The translations under genes and the position numbers were made by a program. A DNA stretch of 64,000 bases, from positions 297,114 to 361,113 of the forward strand of contig JAZKFH010000015.1 in NCBI GenBank assembly GCA_040386535.1, read 5' to 3'. Of this stretch, positions 9,980-19,634 are shown piece by piece (position 1 is the first letter of the stretch; each line of letters starts with the position of its first letter). Source of the stretch: Myxococcota bacterium (lineage in GTDB: Bacteria; Myxococcota_A; UBA796; SXON01). The notes beneath the pieces were generated by a model. The model saw only the letters and a program-made list of their open reading frames with translations, was not told the DNA's origin and ran no database searches.

Positions 9980-12091
9980 TCAGGTCAGGGAGCGGGCGAG
10001 GCGGAAGCCGAGGTCGAGCCTGGACCGGGCGGTGTTCGGTTGCTCGCGGGACGCGACATGGGGATCGCGGCCGCTGAAGGCGGCACCGCGGCAGATGCCG
10101 AACACGGCCGAAGCGTGGTCGGGCGTGGGGTCGACCACGGCGACGCGGTGGTCGGGCAGCTCCGGGCCGAGGAGCTCGAAGGGGTCCGCGACCCAATCGG
10201 CGGCGTTCCCCGACACGCCGCGCACCCCGTACGGGCTCTCGTCGAGCGGGAAGCTGTCGACGGACGCCGGCGCTGCGGCCCGGCCATCCATCTCGAGGTT
10301 CGCCCAGCGCGTCGTCCGGCGCCGCCCCCATGGGAACGCGCGCCCGTCCACGCCGCGCGCGGCCTTCTCCCACTCCAGGTCCATCGGGAGGCGCCACCGC
10401 AGCCCGTCCTCCGCGCGTCGCGCGTTGGCGTACGCAGACGCGGTGGCGAACGAGACGTGGAGCGCCGGCCGGTCGGCCTCTGCCGGCGGGAGCGCGGGGC
10501 GGAAGCGCCCGTCCGTTCCGCGCGGATAGACGTGGGGGCCGGCGCCGACCAGCCCGGCTGACCGCGGGGAGTGAGCGAGGGCCCGGCCCTCCTCGCCGGC
10601 GTCGAGGAGGGCGTCGAGCCACTCCGCCAGCTCGCCGGCCGTCACCGGGAAGCGGCGGATCACGAAGCCGTCGCACCACAGGGGGCGGGGCCACACCCCC
10701 GCGTTGCTCTCTCTCGCGCCGGCCGCGAACCAGCCCGCCGGGACGTAGCGATCGTCCGGGCCCAGCGCGTCGGTGTGCAGCAGTCGGATGGGGAGCGGGG
10801 CGGTGCCGCCGGGCGGAACGCCGTCCCAGTGCTGCTGCCGCTCGATGAGCACGGGGTACAGGGCGGGCACGCGGCCCTGCGTCTCGATGCGGAGGCGGTA
10901 GCTGCCGGGCGCGAGCTCGACGGCATGGAGCGGCGTGTGGCCGAGGGTGCCGGCATCGCGGAGCACGAGGCGATGGTCGACCTCCTCGTAGCGTTCCACC
11001 CTGACGAGGGCGCCCGGCGGATCGGTGACGAGGGTGAGCGCGCCCGTGCCGCGGAGGAAACGATCGCCGTGCGCGCGGAGCGGGTGCGAGGGCGCGAGCC
11101 GGTGGACGTGCTCGCGGAGGGCCAGCTCGGCGCGCGCCTCCGCCGCGGGGGCGCCCGCTCGGTGCGCTTCGGCGGCCAGAACGCTCCAGATGCGGGCCAT
11201 GGTGGCGTGGGCCTCCGGCAGGGTGGGGTCCTGCTCGAGGGCGGCGTGGAGGGCGCGCTGCCCCGCCGCGACGCGGTCCCGGCTCGTCCGGCGGAGCGCC
11301 TCCGCCGCGTCCTCGAGGGCCCATGCCGGGAGCCGGGTCTCCTCGGGCTCCCAGGTCCGCACGGCGGCCACGGCGACGCGGCCGACGCGGGCGGCGTGGG
11401 CGTGGGCGTGGGCGGCGGCGGCGGCCTCGGCGAACACGGCATCGGCCCGCGCCACCCACCCGAGCGCGCGCGCGCGGCGGTCGGCGCCATCCAGCCAGGC
11501 TCGGAGGCGCGCGGCGATCGCGCTCGCCGTCGTGAGCGTTCGGCGCACATCGGCGTCGCCGAGCGCGGTGGGAACGAGCCACGCGTCGACCAGCGACAGC
11601 ATGGCCGCTACGTCGCGCCCGCCCACCGGGCCGTCGGCGGGTGCCGCCGCCGTGGCCGACCAACCCACCACCCACACCTGCCCGCCCTCGCCGAGGACCA
11701 GCGCCTCCTCGCCGAAGCGCCCGTGGGGCACGCCCCGGGCGTGGGCGTGCGCGAGCGCCTCCGCGGCGCGGATCAGGGCGTCGGCGCGGGGCCGCTCCTC
11801 GCGCGTCGGGGCGGCCTCGGCCCAGCGCGCCCCCGTCACCGCGGCGCGGATCCGCGCGATCCGCCCGTCGGGGAGCACGCCCACCTCGTGGAGCGGCGGG
11901 ATCGCCGGGTGCTGGAGCCGCGCCAGCGTGCGCGTCTCGGCGAGCCAGGCCGAGAGGTCCGCGCCCGCGACCTCAACGTCGACGCGCCCGCCGACGGTGG
12001 CGCGCTCACACTGCCAGCGCTCCGCGCGCGGAGGCGCGTCCACCAGTGCGAGCGGCGCCAGGAGCGCGTGCCAGCCGGCGTCGCGGGTCAT
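9980..12091 (-). CDS. Pseudokinase + PEGA-like + FGE-sulfatase (SUMF1-fold) domain protein
   Basis: Kinase remnants (LARLQHPAIPPLHEVG; HGRF for HRD; VGWS for DWG); LTLVTDPPGA..GHTPL; WEKAARGVDGRAFPWG, SPYGVRGVSGN, GFRLAR. ATG 12091 overlaps the upstream stop. Confidence 0.8.
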   Translation of the reverse strand: MTRDAGWHALLAPLALVDAPPRAERWQCERATVGGRVDVEVAGADLSAWLAETRTLARLQHPAIPPLHEVGVLPDGRIARIRAAVTGARWAEAAPTREERPRADALIRAAEALAHAHARGVPHGRFGEEALVLGEGGQVWVVGWSATAAAPADGPVGGRDVAAMLSLVDAWLVPTALGDADVRRTLTTASAIAARLRAWLDGADRRARALGWVARADAVFAEAAAAAHAHAHAARVGRVAVAAVRTWEPEETRLPAWALEDAAEALRRTSRDRVAAGQRALHAALEQDPTLPEAHATMARIWSVLAAEAHRAGAPAAEARAELALREHVHRLAPSHPLRAHGDRFLRGTGALTLVTDPPGALVRVERYEEVDHRLVLRDAGTLGHTPLHAVELAPGSYRLRIETQGRVPALYPVLIERQQHWDGVPPGGTAPLPIRLLHTDALGPDDRYVPAGWFAAGARESNAGVWPRPLWCDGFVIRRFPVTAGELAEWLDALLDAGEEGRALAHSPRSAGLVGAGPHVYPRGTDGRFRPALPPAEADRPALHVSFATASAYANARRAEDGLRWRLPMDLEWEKAARGVDGRAFPWGRRRTTRWANLEMDGRAAAPASVDSFPLDESPYGVRGVSGNAADWVADPFELLGPELPDHRVAVVDPTPDHASAVFGICRGAAFSGRDPHVASREQPNTARSRLDLGFRLARSLT

Positions 12092-14499
12092 GCGATGCTC
12101 CGCGCAAGGCGGAAACCGTGCCAGACCGAGCGCGCCTCCGCCGACTCCGGGCGGTGTGCCCCGAAGAGCCGGGACGCCGTCGGCACCCACGTCCCGGCCC
12201 CGCCGCGCATCGCGTAGGCGGGCCCGTCCGGGCCCCGATCTTCGACGAAGTCGACCGTGCCGCCCGTGAGCCCCCGCACCCCGAACGGCGACACGTCCGT
12301 CGCGAACGTGTCCACCGGCAGGTACCCCGGGGGGGCCGGGTAGCTGCCCTTCACGAACGCCCAGGCCGGATCCATGTGGTCGCCCATGGGGAAGTGGCGC
12401 CCGTCCGCGCCCCGCGCGGCGTGGGTCCACTCCGCGTAGGTCGGGAGCCGCCACGGGAGCCCCGTGCGCGTCGCGAGCCACGCTCCGAGGTCCGTCCCGT
12501 CGCGTGGGCGAACGAGCATGACCCCGCTGTCGGGGTCCCAGACATCCCCTGCGGGGTCGGGGCAGAGCACGAACCGATCCCCGTCGAGCGCGTAGCCGAC
12601 GACCGGGCCGCCGTTGACCCTGCACGGGACGTGCGCCAGGGCCTCCTCGCGCCGACCGGTGGCCCAGAGGTCGTTCACGAACGCGAGGTACTCGCGGTTC
12701 GTCACCGGAAAGCGCCGCATCACGAAGGCCTCTGTCCAGCCCCGCAGCGCGGGCCACGCCGCCGCGGCGTCCGGACGCCGCTCCACGAACCACCCGGCCG
12801 GCACGTAGCAGTCGTCGGGGCCGAGCTCCCCGATCCGCGGCAGGCGCAGCGTCCGTGGGGCGGCCTCGCCGGGGGCGACCCGCGCCCAGCGCTCGCCGCG
12901 ACGCAGGTGCACTGGGAGCCGCACGTCCGCGCATCCCGGCGCCCGCACGGTGAGCATCCAGCTCCCCATCGGCAGCGCCACGTCGCGGAGCGGCGTCGCC
13001 CCCAGCGTGCCCGCGGGCACCTCCACCAACCGGCGATGGCGCTCCTCGAACCGCGCGGCCCACACCTCCGCACCGGGCGGATCCGTCGTGAGCGTGAGCG
13101 TGCCGCCCCCGTCGAGCCCGGTCTCGAGGCGGGCCCGCGCGGGCCCGGTCGGCGCGAGGGCGGCCACCTGCTCGCGCAGCTCCTCCGCGATGGCCCCCGC
13201 CGCGTCGGTGTCGTAGTGGTCCTCGGCGGCGCGGAGCGCGACCAGGAGCCGGTCCGCGAGCGCCTCGCGTGCCTCCGGGAGGTCCGGCGCCTCGGCCAGC
13301 GCGCCGCGGAGCGCGCGCACCACCTCCTCTTCCAGCAGGGTCGCCCGCACGTCGACGTCCACCGCTTCGTTGTCGGCCTCCCAGTGGGCGGCGTTCACCT
13401 TGTCAGTCGCGCCGAGCGGATGGACGGCGTCGCGGGCCATCCAGGCGCGCCGTGCCTGGTCGGCCACCGCGCGAGCGGCCTCCGCGTCCGGCACCCGCTC
13501 GGCCGCCGCTGCGAGGGAAGCGCGGGCGTTGGCCACCCTCTGCGCGCCCGCCAGCCAGGCCTCGACGGCCTCCTCGAACCCGGCGGCCGTGGGCCGGTCA
13601 TCCGGCTTCCGCGCCATCGCCCGCTCGCACAGCTCCACGAGCGCGTCGGGGACAGCCTCCCCGGCCACGTCCCGCACGGACGGCGGCGGCCCCGCGAGCA
13701 CCTGGCGCGGATCACGCCCCCGGTACGGCGGGCGCCCGGCCAGCAGCGTGTAGAGCAGCGCGCCCAGGGCGTACACGTCGCTGTGGGGACCGACCGCCGC
13801 CGGGTCCCCGGCGGCCTGCTCCGGCGCCATGTACGCGGGCGTCCCGGTGATCGCGCCGAAGCGGGTGTGATCCTCCGGCGCGTGCTCGGCGGGCATCGCC
13901 GCGCTGTCCGTCCCCCCGTGGACCCCCACCGCGCCCGCCCGCGCGATCCCCCAGTCCACCACGCGCACCTCGCCCTCCTCGCCGAGCATCACGTTGCCCG
14001 GCTTCAGATCGCGGTGCAGGACACCCATCGTGTGCGCGTAGGCCACGCAGGCGCAGACACGTCCGAGCACCGTGATCCGCCCCGTCAACGAGGCGCTCCC
14101 TTCATTCAGCACCTCGCCGAGCGACCGGCCGCGCACCTCGTCCATCGTGAAGAAGGGCCGCCCGTCGGGCAGCTCGCCGAGGTCGTGTACCGGCACGATG
14201 CCCGGATGGCGCAACGCGGCCAGGAGGCGCGCCTCTCGGAGGAAACGCGCGCGCGTGGTCGGATCCGATGCCAGCCGCGTCGCGAGCACCTTCATCGCCA
14301 CGCGTCGGTCGAGGAGCTGGTCCTGGACGCGGTGGACGACGGCCATTCCGCCGGTGCCCAGCACGCCGAGATCGAGGTAGCGGGGGGTGAGGACCGGGAG
14401 GTCGGTCCGGGAGCTACGGTCAGGCGCCGAGGTGTGCGGCGCGTCCGCGACGGTGGCGTCGAGGGGCCCGCGCGTCGAGGCGGCGGTTCTGTTTGGCAC
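12088..14499 (-). CDS. Ser/Thr kinase + PEGA-like + FGE-sulfatase domain protein
   Basis: LGTGGMAVV, VAMK, HRDLKPGN, DWG, GTPAYMAPEQ; TDPPGA..GATPL; AARGADGRHFPMG, SPFGVRGL, GFRLAR. GTG start at 14499 is approximate. Confidence 0.88.
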   Translation of the reverse strand: MPNRTAASTRGPLDATVADAPHTSAPDRSSRTDLPVLTPRYLDLGVLGTGGMAVVHRVQDQLLDRRVAMKVLATRLASDPTTRARFLREARLLAALRHPGIVPVHDLGELPDGRPFFTMDEVRGRSLGEVLNEGSASLTGRITVLGRVCACVAYAHTMGVLHRDLKPGNVMLGEEGEVRVVDWGIARAGAVGVHGGTDSAAMPAEHAPEDHTRFGAITGTPAYMAPEQAAGDPAAVGPHSDVYALGALLYTLLAGRPPYRGRDPRQVLAGPPPSVRDVAGEAVPDALVELCERAMARKPDDRPTAAGFEEAVEAWLAGAQRVANARASLAAAAERVPDAEAARAVADQARRAWMARDAVHPLGATDKVNAAHWEADNEAVDVDVRATLLEEEVVRALRGALAEAPDLPEAREALADRLLVALRAAEDHYDTDAAGAIAEELREQVAALAPTGPARARLETGLDGGGTLTLTTDPPGAEVWAARFEERHRRLVEVPAGTLGATPLRDVALPMGSWMLTVRAPGCADVRLPVHLRRGERWARVAPGEAAPRTLRLPRIGELGPDDCYVPAGWFVERRPDAAAAWPALRGWTEAFVMRRFPVTNREYLAFVNDLWATGRREEALAHVPCRVNGGPVVGYALDGDRFVLCPDPAGDVWDPDSGVMLVRPRDGTDLGAWLATRTGLPWRLPTYAEWTHAARGADGRHFPMGDHMDPAWAFVKGSYPAPPGYLPVDTFATDVSPFGVRGLTGGTVDFVEDRGPDGPAYAMRGGAGTWVPTASRLFGAHRPESAEARSVWHGFRLARSIA

Positions 14500-14730
14500 G
14501 CAGGGGCCTCGGGAGTCTGGCCACGGCGGCCGGGCGCGAGAGCATGCTCCGCGCGGGGGCAAAGGTAAAGGCGGGGAAGTCTCCGGGGCGCGGGCGGTGC
14601 CGCCCTCCGCTCGGGGAGGGCGGCGCCGTGGCACCGCGCCCCACGTTGGTCGCCCGGACGGCCCGCCCCGCGTCGGTCGCCCGACCGCCCCCCGTCGCCC
14701 CTCCACGCCCGATCGGGTACGCTCGCCGCC

Positions 14731-16209
14731 ATGAAACAGCTCCGCGTCATCGTCGTGTTCGTGGTCCTCGCGAACATCGCGCTCGTGGCCTTCCTGCTTC
14801 TCCGCTCGCCCACCGGCGGCGAGGCGACCGGCCCCCGCTCCATTCGCGACGCGGTCAAGCCGCTGGTCTCCGACGCCGCGATGGACGACAGCGCCTACGA
14901 TCTGAAGGGCCGCGCGGGCGAGCTGAACGTCATCTTCATCAGCATGGACGCGTTGCGGTACGACCGCACCGGCTTCGGCGGCAATCCCGACGGGCTCACA
15001 CCCAACCTCGACCAGTTCGCCGAGGAGGCGGTCGTCTTCTCCAACGCCACGAGCGTGGCCCCGTGGACCCTGCCGTCGCACATGTCCATCTGGACCGGGC
15101 GGTGGCCCTCGGTGCACGGCGTCACCAACAAGCTCAAGATGCTCTCGGCCGACCAGATGGTGCCGACCTCGCTCTCGCCCGGCATCGAGACCTTCCCCGA
15201 CCACCTCATCCGCAACAAGTTCACCGCGGCGGGGTTCACCGGCGGGGCCGGCGTGCAGGCCAGCTACGGGTTCGGCCGCGACTTCACCACCTACGTCGAT
15301 GACAAGCCGTTCGCCGGGTACGAATACAGCGTCCCGCCGGCCCTCGATTGGCTCTCGAAGAACCTCGACAAGCAGTTCTTCCTGTTCCTCCACGGCTACG
15401 ACTCGCACGGCCAGCACCCGCTGCTCGGCATCTCCCCGCGCGACGCGGTGCCCGACTACAAGGGCACGATGGACGGGTCGATCGAGGAGCAGGGCAAGCT
15501 CCGCGAGCAGGGCCTCGCCACGATCCAGGAGCCCGGCCAGACGCCCGATCTCTCCTCGGCGGTCAGCAAGGAGGACGTCGCCTTCCTCACCAAGGTGTAC
15601 GACAAGAAGGTCAAGATGGCGGACGAGCGGCTCGGGTCGTTCCTCGCCCAGCTGCGCGTGATGGGGCTGCTCGACAAGTCGATCATCGTCATCTTCGCCG
15701 ACCACGGCGACGAGTTCCTCGAGCACGGCTACCTCGACCACGGCGCCACCCTCTGCGAGCACCAGCTCCACGTGCCCGTGCTGATGCGGTTCCCCGGCTA
15801 CGCCCGCCGCAACGACGTGTCCGCGCCGGTCCGCACCATCGACCTGTTCCCCACCGTGTTCGACGCCCTCGGCATCCCCGGGCCCGCCGGCGTGGACGGC
15901 CGGTCCATCCTCCCGATCCTGCGCGGCAAGCCCGACGACCGCGCCATCTTCGCCGAGACCGACTACCGCCTCTTCGTCCACCAACGCATGAAGCGGATGG
16001 GGGACAAGAAGCTCGTCCTCGATCTGGAAGACGGCGGCAAGCAGCTCTTCGACGTGTCCGCCGATCCCGACGAGCAGAGCGACATCAGCTCGTCCAGCGC
16101 CCGGGAAACCTACGAGATGGAGCAGGCGCTCCGCACGTGGATGGACGCGACGCGGACCAACCCGCAGGACTACCTCGGGGTGCGGCAGAAGCCGATCGAG
16201 ATCTTCTGA
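14731..16209 (+). CDS. Membrane-anchored sulfatase-like (alkaline phosphatase superfamily) enzyme
   Basis: N-terminal TM; NVIFISMDALRYD, APWTLPSHMSIWTG, ADHGDEF, HVP, DLFPT. Confidence 0.88.
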   Translation: MKQLRVIVVFVVLANIALVAFLLLRSPTGGEATGPRSIRDAVKPLVSDAAMDDSAYDLKGRAGELNVIFISMDALRYDRTGFGGNPDGLTPNLDQFAEEAVVFSNATSVAPWTLPSHMSIWTGRWPSVHGVTNKLKMLSADQMVPTSLSPGIETFPDHLIRNKFTAAGFTGGAGVQASYGFGRDFTTYVDDKPFAGYEYSVPPALDWLSKNLDKQFFLFLHGYDSHGQHPLLGISPRDAVPDYKGTMDGSIEEQGKLREQGLATIQEPGQTPDLSSAVSKEDVAFLTKVYDKKVKMADERLGSFLAQLRVMGLLDKSIIVIFADHGDEFLEHGYLDHGATLCEHQLHVPVLMRFPGYARRNDVSAPVRTIDLFPTVFDALGIPGPAGVDGRSILPILRGKPDDRAIFAETDYRLFVHQRMKRMGDKKLVLDLEDGGKQLFDVSADPDEQSDISSSSARETYEMEQALRTWMDATRTNPQDYLGVRQKPIEIF

Positions 16210-16242
16210 GCGTAGGGTAGAGCTTCGATCACCGGAGCCCCG

Positions 16243-16458
16243 ATGCCCTTCCGCCTCCTCGCCCTCCTCCCGCTCCTCCTCCTCGCGGCCTGCCCCGAGG
16301 CCCCCGAGGGGGACCCCGCGTTCTGCACGGACCTGATGGAGACCTCGTCCGGATGCATGGACGAGGGCAACCTCGCCGAGTGCGAGGACGCCAACGAGGA
16401 GTGCCCGGGGGAGGTGCTCGTCCTGGAGAGCTGTCCGCTCCAGTTCGCCTGTTCGTGA
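16243..16458 (+). CDS. Small Cys-rich lipoprotein
   Basis: Signal peptide with LLAAC lipobox; acidic mature part with six further Cys. Confidence 0.7.
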   Translation: MPFRLLALLPLLLLAACPEAPEGDPAFCTDLMETSSGCMDEGNLAECEDANEECPGEVLVLESCPLQFACS

Positions 16459-16480
16459 CCCTCACCAAGTCCACCAACTG

Positions 16481-16510
16481 TTGACGCCCCGCGCGGTTCT
16501 CCGGTAGTGT
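16481..16510 (+). promoter_or_regulatory. Putative sigma70-type promoter for the radical SAM gene
   Basis: TTGACG-N18-TAGTGT about 40 bp upstream of ATG 16553. Confidence 0.4.
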
Positions 16511-16552
16511 GGCCGCGTTGCATCGTCCCCGCGGTGCGTCCGGAGCCCTTCG

Positions 16553-18169
16553 ATGGCGTACACCCCCTCGCTCGACCCCGCGCTCTACACCACCGCGGGC
16601 GGCTCCGTCGACCAGAAGTACATGGACCAGATGGCGGGCCAGGATCGCACGCCCGTCGCGACAGATACGCGCTTGCCGCGGGTCACGTTGGTGGTCGGGC
16701 CCTCCCCGTTCTCCATGCCGCGCGGCTGGGAGTTCTTCCTCACCTCGCCCTACGAGGGCGTGTCCTACATCGCGACCGTGCTGCACAACGCCGGGTACCC
16801 CGTCCGCATCGTCGACGTGCGGTACGACCTCGATCCGCTTCGCTCCGCCTACGAGCAGGTGATCGACGGGACCGACGTGCTGGGCCTCGCCACCTACGAG
16901 GACTGCTACCCCTTCCTCGAGTCCCTCATCGCAAAGGTAAAGGAAGATCGCCCGAAGATGCCCGTCATCCTCGGCGGCTCCCTCGTCACGTCCGTGCCGC
17001 ACGTGTTCATGCGCGAGACCAAGGCCGACGTGGCCGTCATCTCCGAGGGGGAGATCACCATCCTCGAGGTGATGGAGGCCTTCACCGCCGGTGCCTGGGC
17101 GCTGCGCCTGCCGGACATCAAGGGCATCTGGTACCGCGATCAGCTCGGCCAGGTGCACAAGAACCTGCCCCGCGGGCAGATGGCGAACCTCAACTCGCTC
17201 CCCAAGATGCGGCTCGACCTCTGGCCGCAGTCCAAGTCCCCGATGGGGCTCCAGCCGCAGATCATCGCGAGCTACTCGCGCGGCTGCAAGATGGACTGCT
17301 CGTTCTGCTACCGCACGACCCCGCAAGAGCGCGTGAAGTCGCCCGAGAAGCTCAACGAGGAGCTGGCCTTCTACAAGAAGACCTACAACACCGACTTCAT
17401 CTTCTTCGTAGACCTGACGTTCACGGCCCACAAGAAGCAGACCCTCGAGTATTGCGAGGTCATCGGCCAGCACGACATCGGCTGGACCTGCCTGACCCGC
17501 AACGCCGACGTGGATCCCGAGCGGCTCACCGCGATGAAGAAGTCCGGCTGTGACATCGCGCTCTACGGCGTCGAGACGCTCACGCCCGACGCGCTCAAGG
17601 AGGCCCGCAAGGGCTCCACCGAGAACATCGTCATCCGCGCGATGAAGCAGAGCTGGGACGCCGGCGTGCGCTACGGCGGCCTCACCATCGTCGGCCTGCC
17701 CGGCGAGACCGAGGAGAGCCTCGACCACATGTGCAAGTGGGCTGAGGAGCACCGCCACATCACCCGCGTGAAGTACCTCTCCGCCATGCCCGGCACGACC
17801 GTGTACCAGCAGGGCCTGCAGGACGGGCACATCAAGTCGGAGACCGAGCACCTCAACTGGCTCGCGGTCGAGCAGGCGTTGGAGCGGGACGAGTTCCTCA
17901 ACTACAACAACCTGCCCGACTCCGTGATGCGCCAGGCCTACAAGCGCATCTACGACAGCTACCAGCCCGGCCCGGTCATGGGGTTCAAGCACTACCCCGA
18001 GCACTTCGCCTACTTCGACCCCGACGCCACCCGCGACTGGCGCGCGGCCTACAGCTCCGCGGGCGCGCACCTCGTGCCCGGCACCGAGCAGTTCCAGGGT
18101 TTGCACCCGGCGAGCGAGGGCATCACGCTCACGAACGTCCGCGCGTCCGAGCACCTCGCGCAGGTGTGA
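16553..18169 (+). CDS. B12-binding radical SAM enzyme (class B methyltransferase-like)
   Basis: B12 domain (YIATVL..AG, VILGG, EGE); SRGCKMDCSFC (CxxxCxxC); GVET; IVGLPGET; PGT. Confidence 0.92.
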   Translation: MAYTPSLDPALYTTAGGSVDQKYMDQMAGQDRTPVATDTRLPRVTLVVGPSPFSMPRGWEFFLTSPYEGVSYIATVLHNAGYPVRIVDVRYDLDPLRSAYEQVIDGTDVLGLATYEDCYPFLESLIAKVKEDRPKMPVILGGSLVTSVPHVFMRETKADVAVISEGEITILEVMEAFTAGAWALRLPDIKGIWYRDQLGQVHKNLPRGQMANLNSLPKMRLDLWPQSKSPMGLQPQIIASYSRGCKMDCSFCYRTTPQERVKSPEKLNEELAFYKKTYNTDFIFFVDLTFTAHKKQTLEYCEVIGQHDIGWTCLTRNADVDPERLTAMKKSGCDIALYGVETLTPDALKEARKGSTENIVIRAMKQSWDAGVRYGGLTIVGLPGETEESLDHMCKWAEEHRHITRVKYLSAMPGTTVYQQGLQDGHIKSETEHLNWLAVEQALERDEFLNYNNLPDSVMRQAYKRIYDSYQPGPVMGFKHYPEHFAYFDPDATRDWRAAYSSAGAHLVPGTEQFQGLHPASEGITLTNVRASEHLAQV

Positions 18170-18399
18170 TGCGTCGGTGAGCGGTGGGGAGTGAGCGGGG
18201 CGCCCCGCCACGCGCGGACGCGTGGCGTCGGTCGTCCTTCGGGGTCGCGCTCACGCGCTCCGTTCGCGTCGCCCCGTCCGGGGCGGGCGGAACCGCCGGC
18301 GCGGCGCCGGCGCCCTTCGGATGACCTGGCGCGGCCGGTTCGTCGTGCACGGTCGCGCACGGGCCGCCAGCGGGGTACCGTTCCGCCCCCGAGGAACCG

Positions 18400-18702
18400 A
18401 TGGAAGAACAGACCCCGCCTCCGAACCCCCTGGCCATCGCCTCCGTCATCCTCGGCGCCCTCTCGTGCCTGACGGCGTGTTTCTGTTGCTACGGCTTCCC
18501 GTTCAACCTGATCGGGCTCGTGCTGGGAGTCGTCGCCCTCACCCAGGTCAACGCGGATCCCACGCAGGGCGGCAAGAAGCTCGCCCAGATCGGGATCGGC
18601 CTGAGCGTGTTCAGCGTCGTGATGGTCATCGGCATGGTCGTGCTGAGCATGTTCCTGGGCGTCGGGTTCGGCCTGATGGGCGCGGTGCTCGACAACATGT
18701 AG
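18400..18702 (+). CDS. DUF4190-like small membrane protein
   Basis: LAIASVILG..C..CC...GLVLG..AL......GKKLA.IGI; GAGGA RBS upstream. Confidence 0.8.
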   Translation: MEEQTPPPNPLAIASVILGALSCLTACFCCYGFPFNLIGLVLGVVALTQVNADPTQGGKKLAQIGIGLSVFSVVMVIGMVVLSMFLGVGFGLMGAVLDNM

Positions 18703-18761
18703 GGAGCGGGGCGGGGGACGTCGCGTACGCCGATCCCCGTTCTGGCGTATCCTCGGCCGCG

Positions 18762-19634
18762 ATGCCCGATCCCGTCCGCTCCGCCCCCGCCCATCCGCTC
18801 GCGCTCGCCGCCGCCGCGCTCATCCTGCTGAACGACTTCGGCCTCCGGGGGCACGCGCCCGGGTGGCTCACGGGCAAGTTGTCCGACGTCGGGTGGCTCG
18901 TGGTGGCGCCGGTCCTGATCGCGGCGCTCCTCGCGCGCATCGTTGGCCCGCGGCGCGCGAAGGCTGCCGCCATCGGCCTCGCCGGTGGCTTCTACATCGT
19001 GTTGCAGGTCTGGGCGCCGCTGGGCGCGTGGTTCCGGCCCGATCACGTGGCGGACCTCGAGGATCTGCTCGTGTTGCCCGCGCTCCTCGGTGCCCTGTAC
19101 ACGTGGCGTCCGGACGCGCGCCGCGCGTCGCCGCGCTGGGCCTCGCGGCTCGCGGTGCCCGGGCTCGCGGCCGTGCTCCTCGCCGACGACACCCACCTGG
19201 GCAACGCCGGCTCGGCCCCCTGCCGGGAGGACATGGAGTGGGATGCCGCCGAGCCTCTCCGCTTCCGATCGAACCCGGCGCGCGAAGCCCCGGTCGACAC
19301 GGACGGCTTCGCGCGCGGCGTGCACCTCCGGGATGAGAGCGGTGCCGAGGTGCCGTTCGTGCTCGCCGCCTCCGGATCCACCGCGCTCCTCTGCGCACGC
19401 GACGGCCTGCGCGGCGACACCGACTACACCTGGCAGATCGGGCCCTGGACGGAGGAGCAGAGCAACGAGCGCCGGTTCCAGGACGGAGGGCTCCCGACCG
19501 TGCTCTTCCACACCCTCCCCGGCGACGGCCCGCCCGTCGCCGACGCGGCCGCTTGCGCCGCCCTCCAGACCGACTTCAGGGACGCCTACGAGGTGTGCAA
19601 CGACCGGGACACCGGCGCCCGGAGCGGCTCGTGA
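18762..19634 (+). CDS. Hypothetical membrane protein (LND..TGKLSD N-terminal domain plus extracellular C-terminal domain)
   Basis: LLNDFGLRGHAPGWLTGKLSD and DLEDLLVLPAL in a multi-TM N-terminus; ATG 18762. Confidence 0.7.
   Translation: MPDPVRSAPAHPLALAAAALILLNDFGLRGHAPGWLTGKLSDVGWLVVAPVLIAALLARIVGPRRAKAAAIGLAGGFYIVLQVWAPLGAWFRPDHVADLEDLLVLPALLGALYTWRPDARRASPRWASRLAVPGLAAVLLADDTHLGNAGSAPCREDMEWDAAEPLRFRSNPAREAPVDTDGFARGVHLRDESGAEVPFVLAASGSTALLCARDGLRGDTDYTWQIGPWTEEQSNERRFQDGGLPTVLFHTLPGDGPPVADAAACAALQTDFRDAYEVCNDRDTGARSGS

Noticed and set aside
9980..14499. Diversity-generating retroelement targets
   Set aside because: FGE-fold C-termini are typical targets, but no reverse transcriptase or adenine-variant template repeat was seen in the window.
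9980..16209. FGE domains as maturases for the adjacent sulfatase
   Set aside because: The FGE domains lack the catalytic Cys pair and are fused to kinases; the sulfatase-like proteins have Thr, which cannot become formylglycine.
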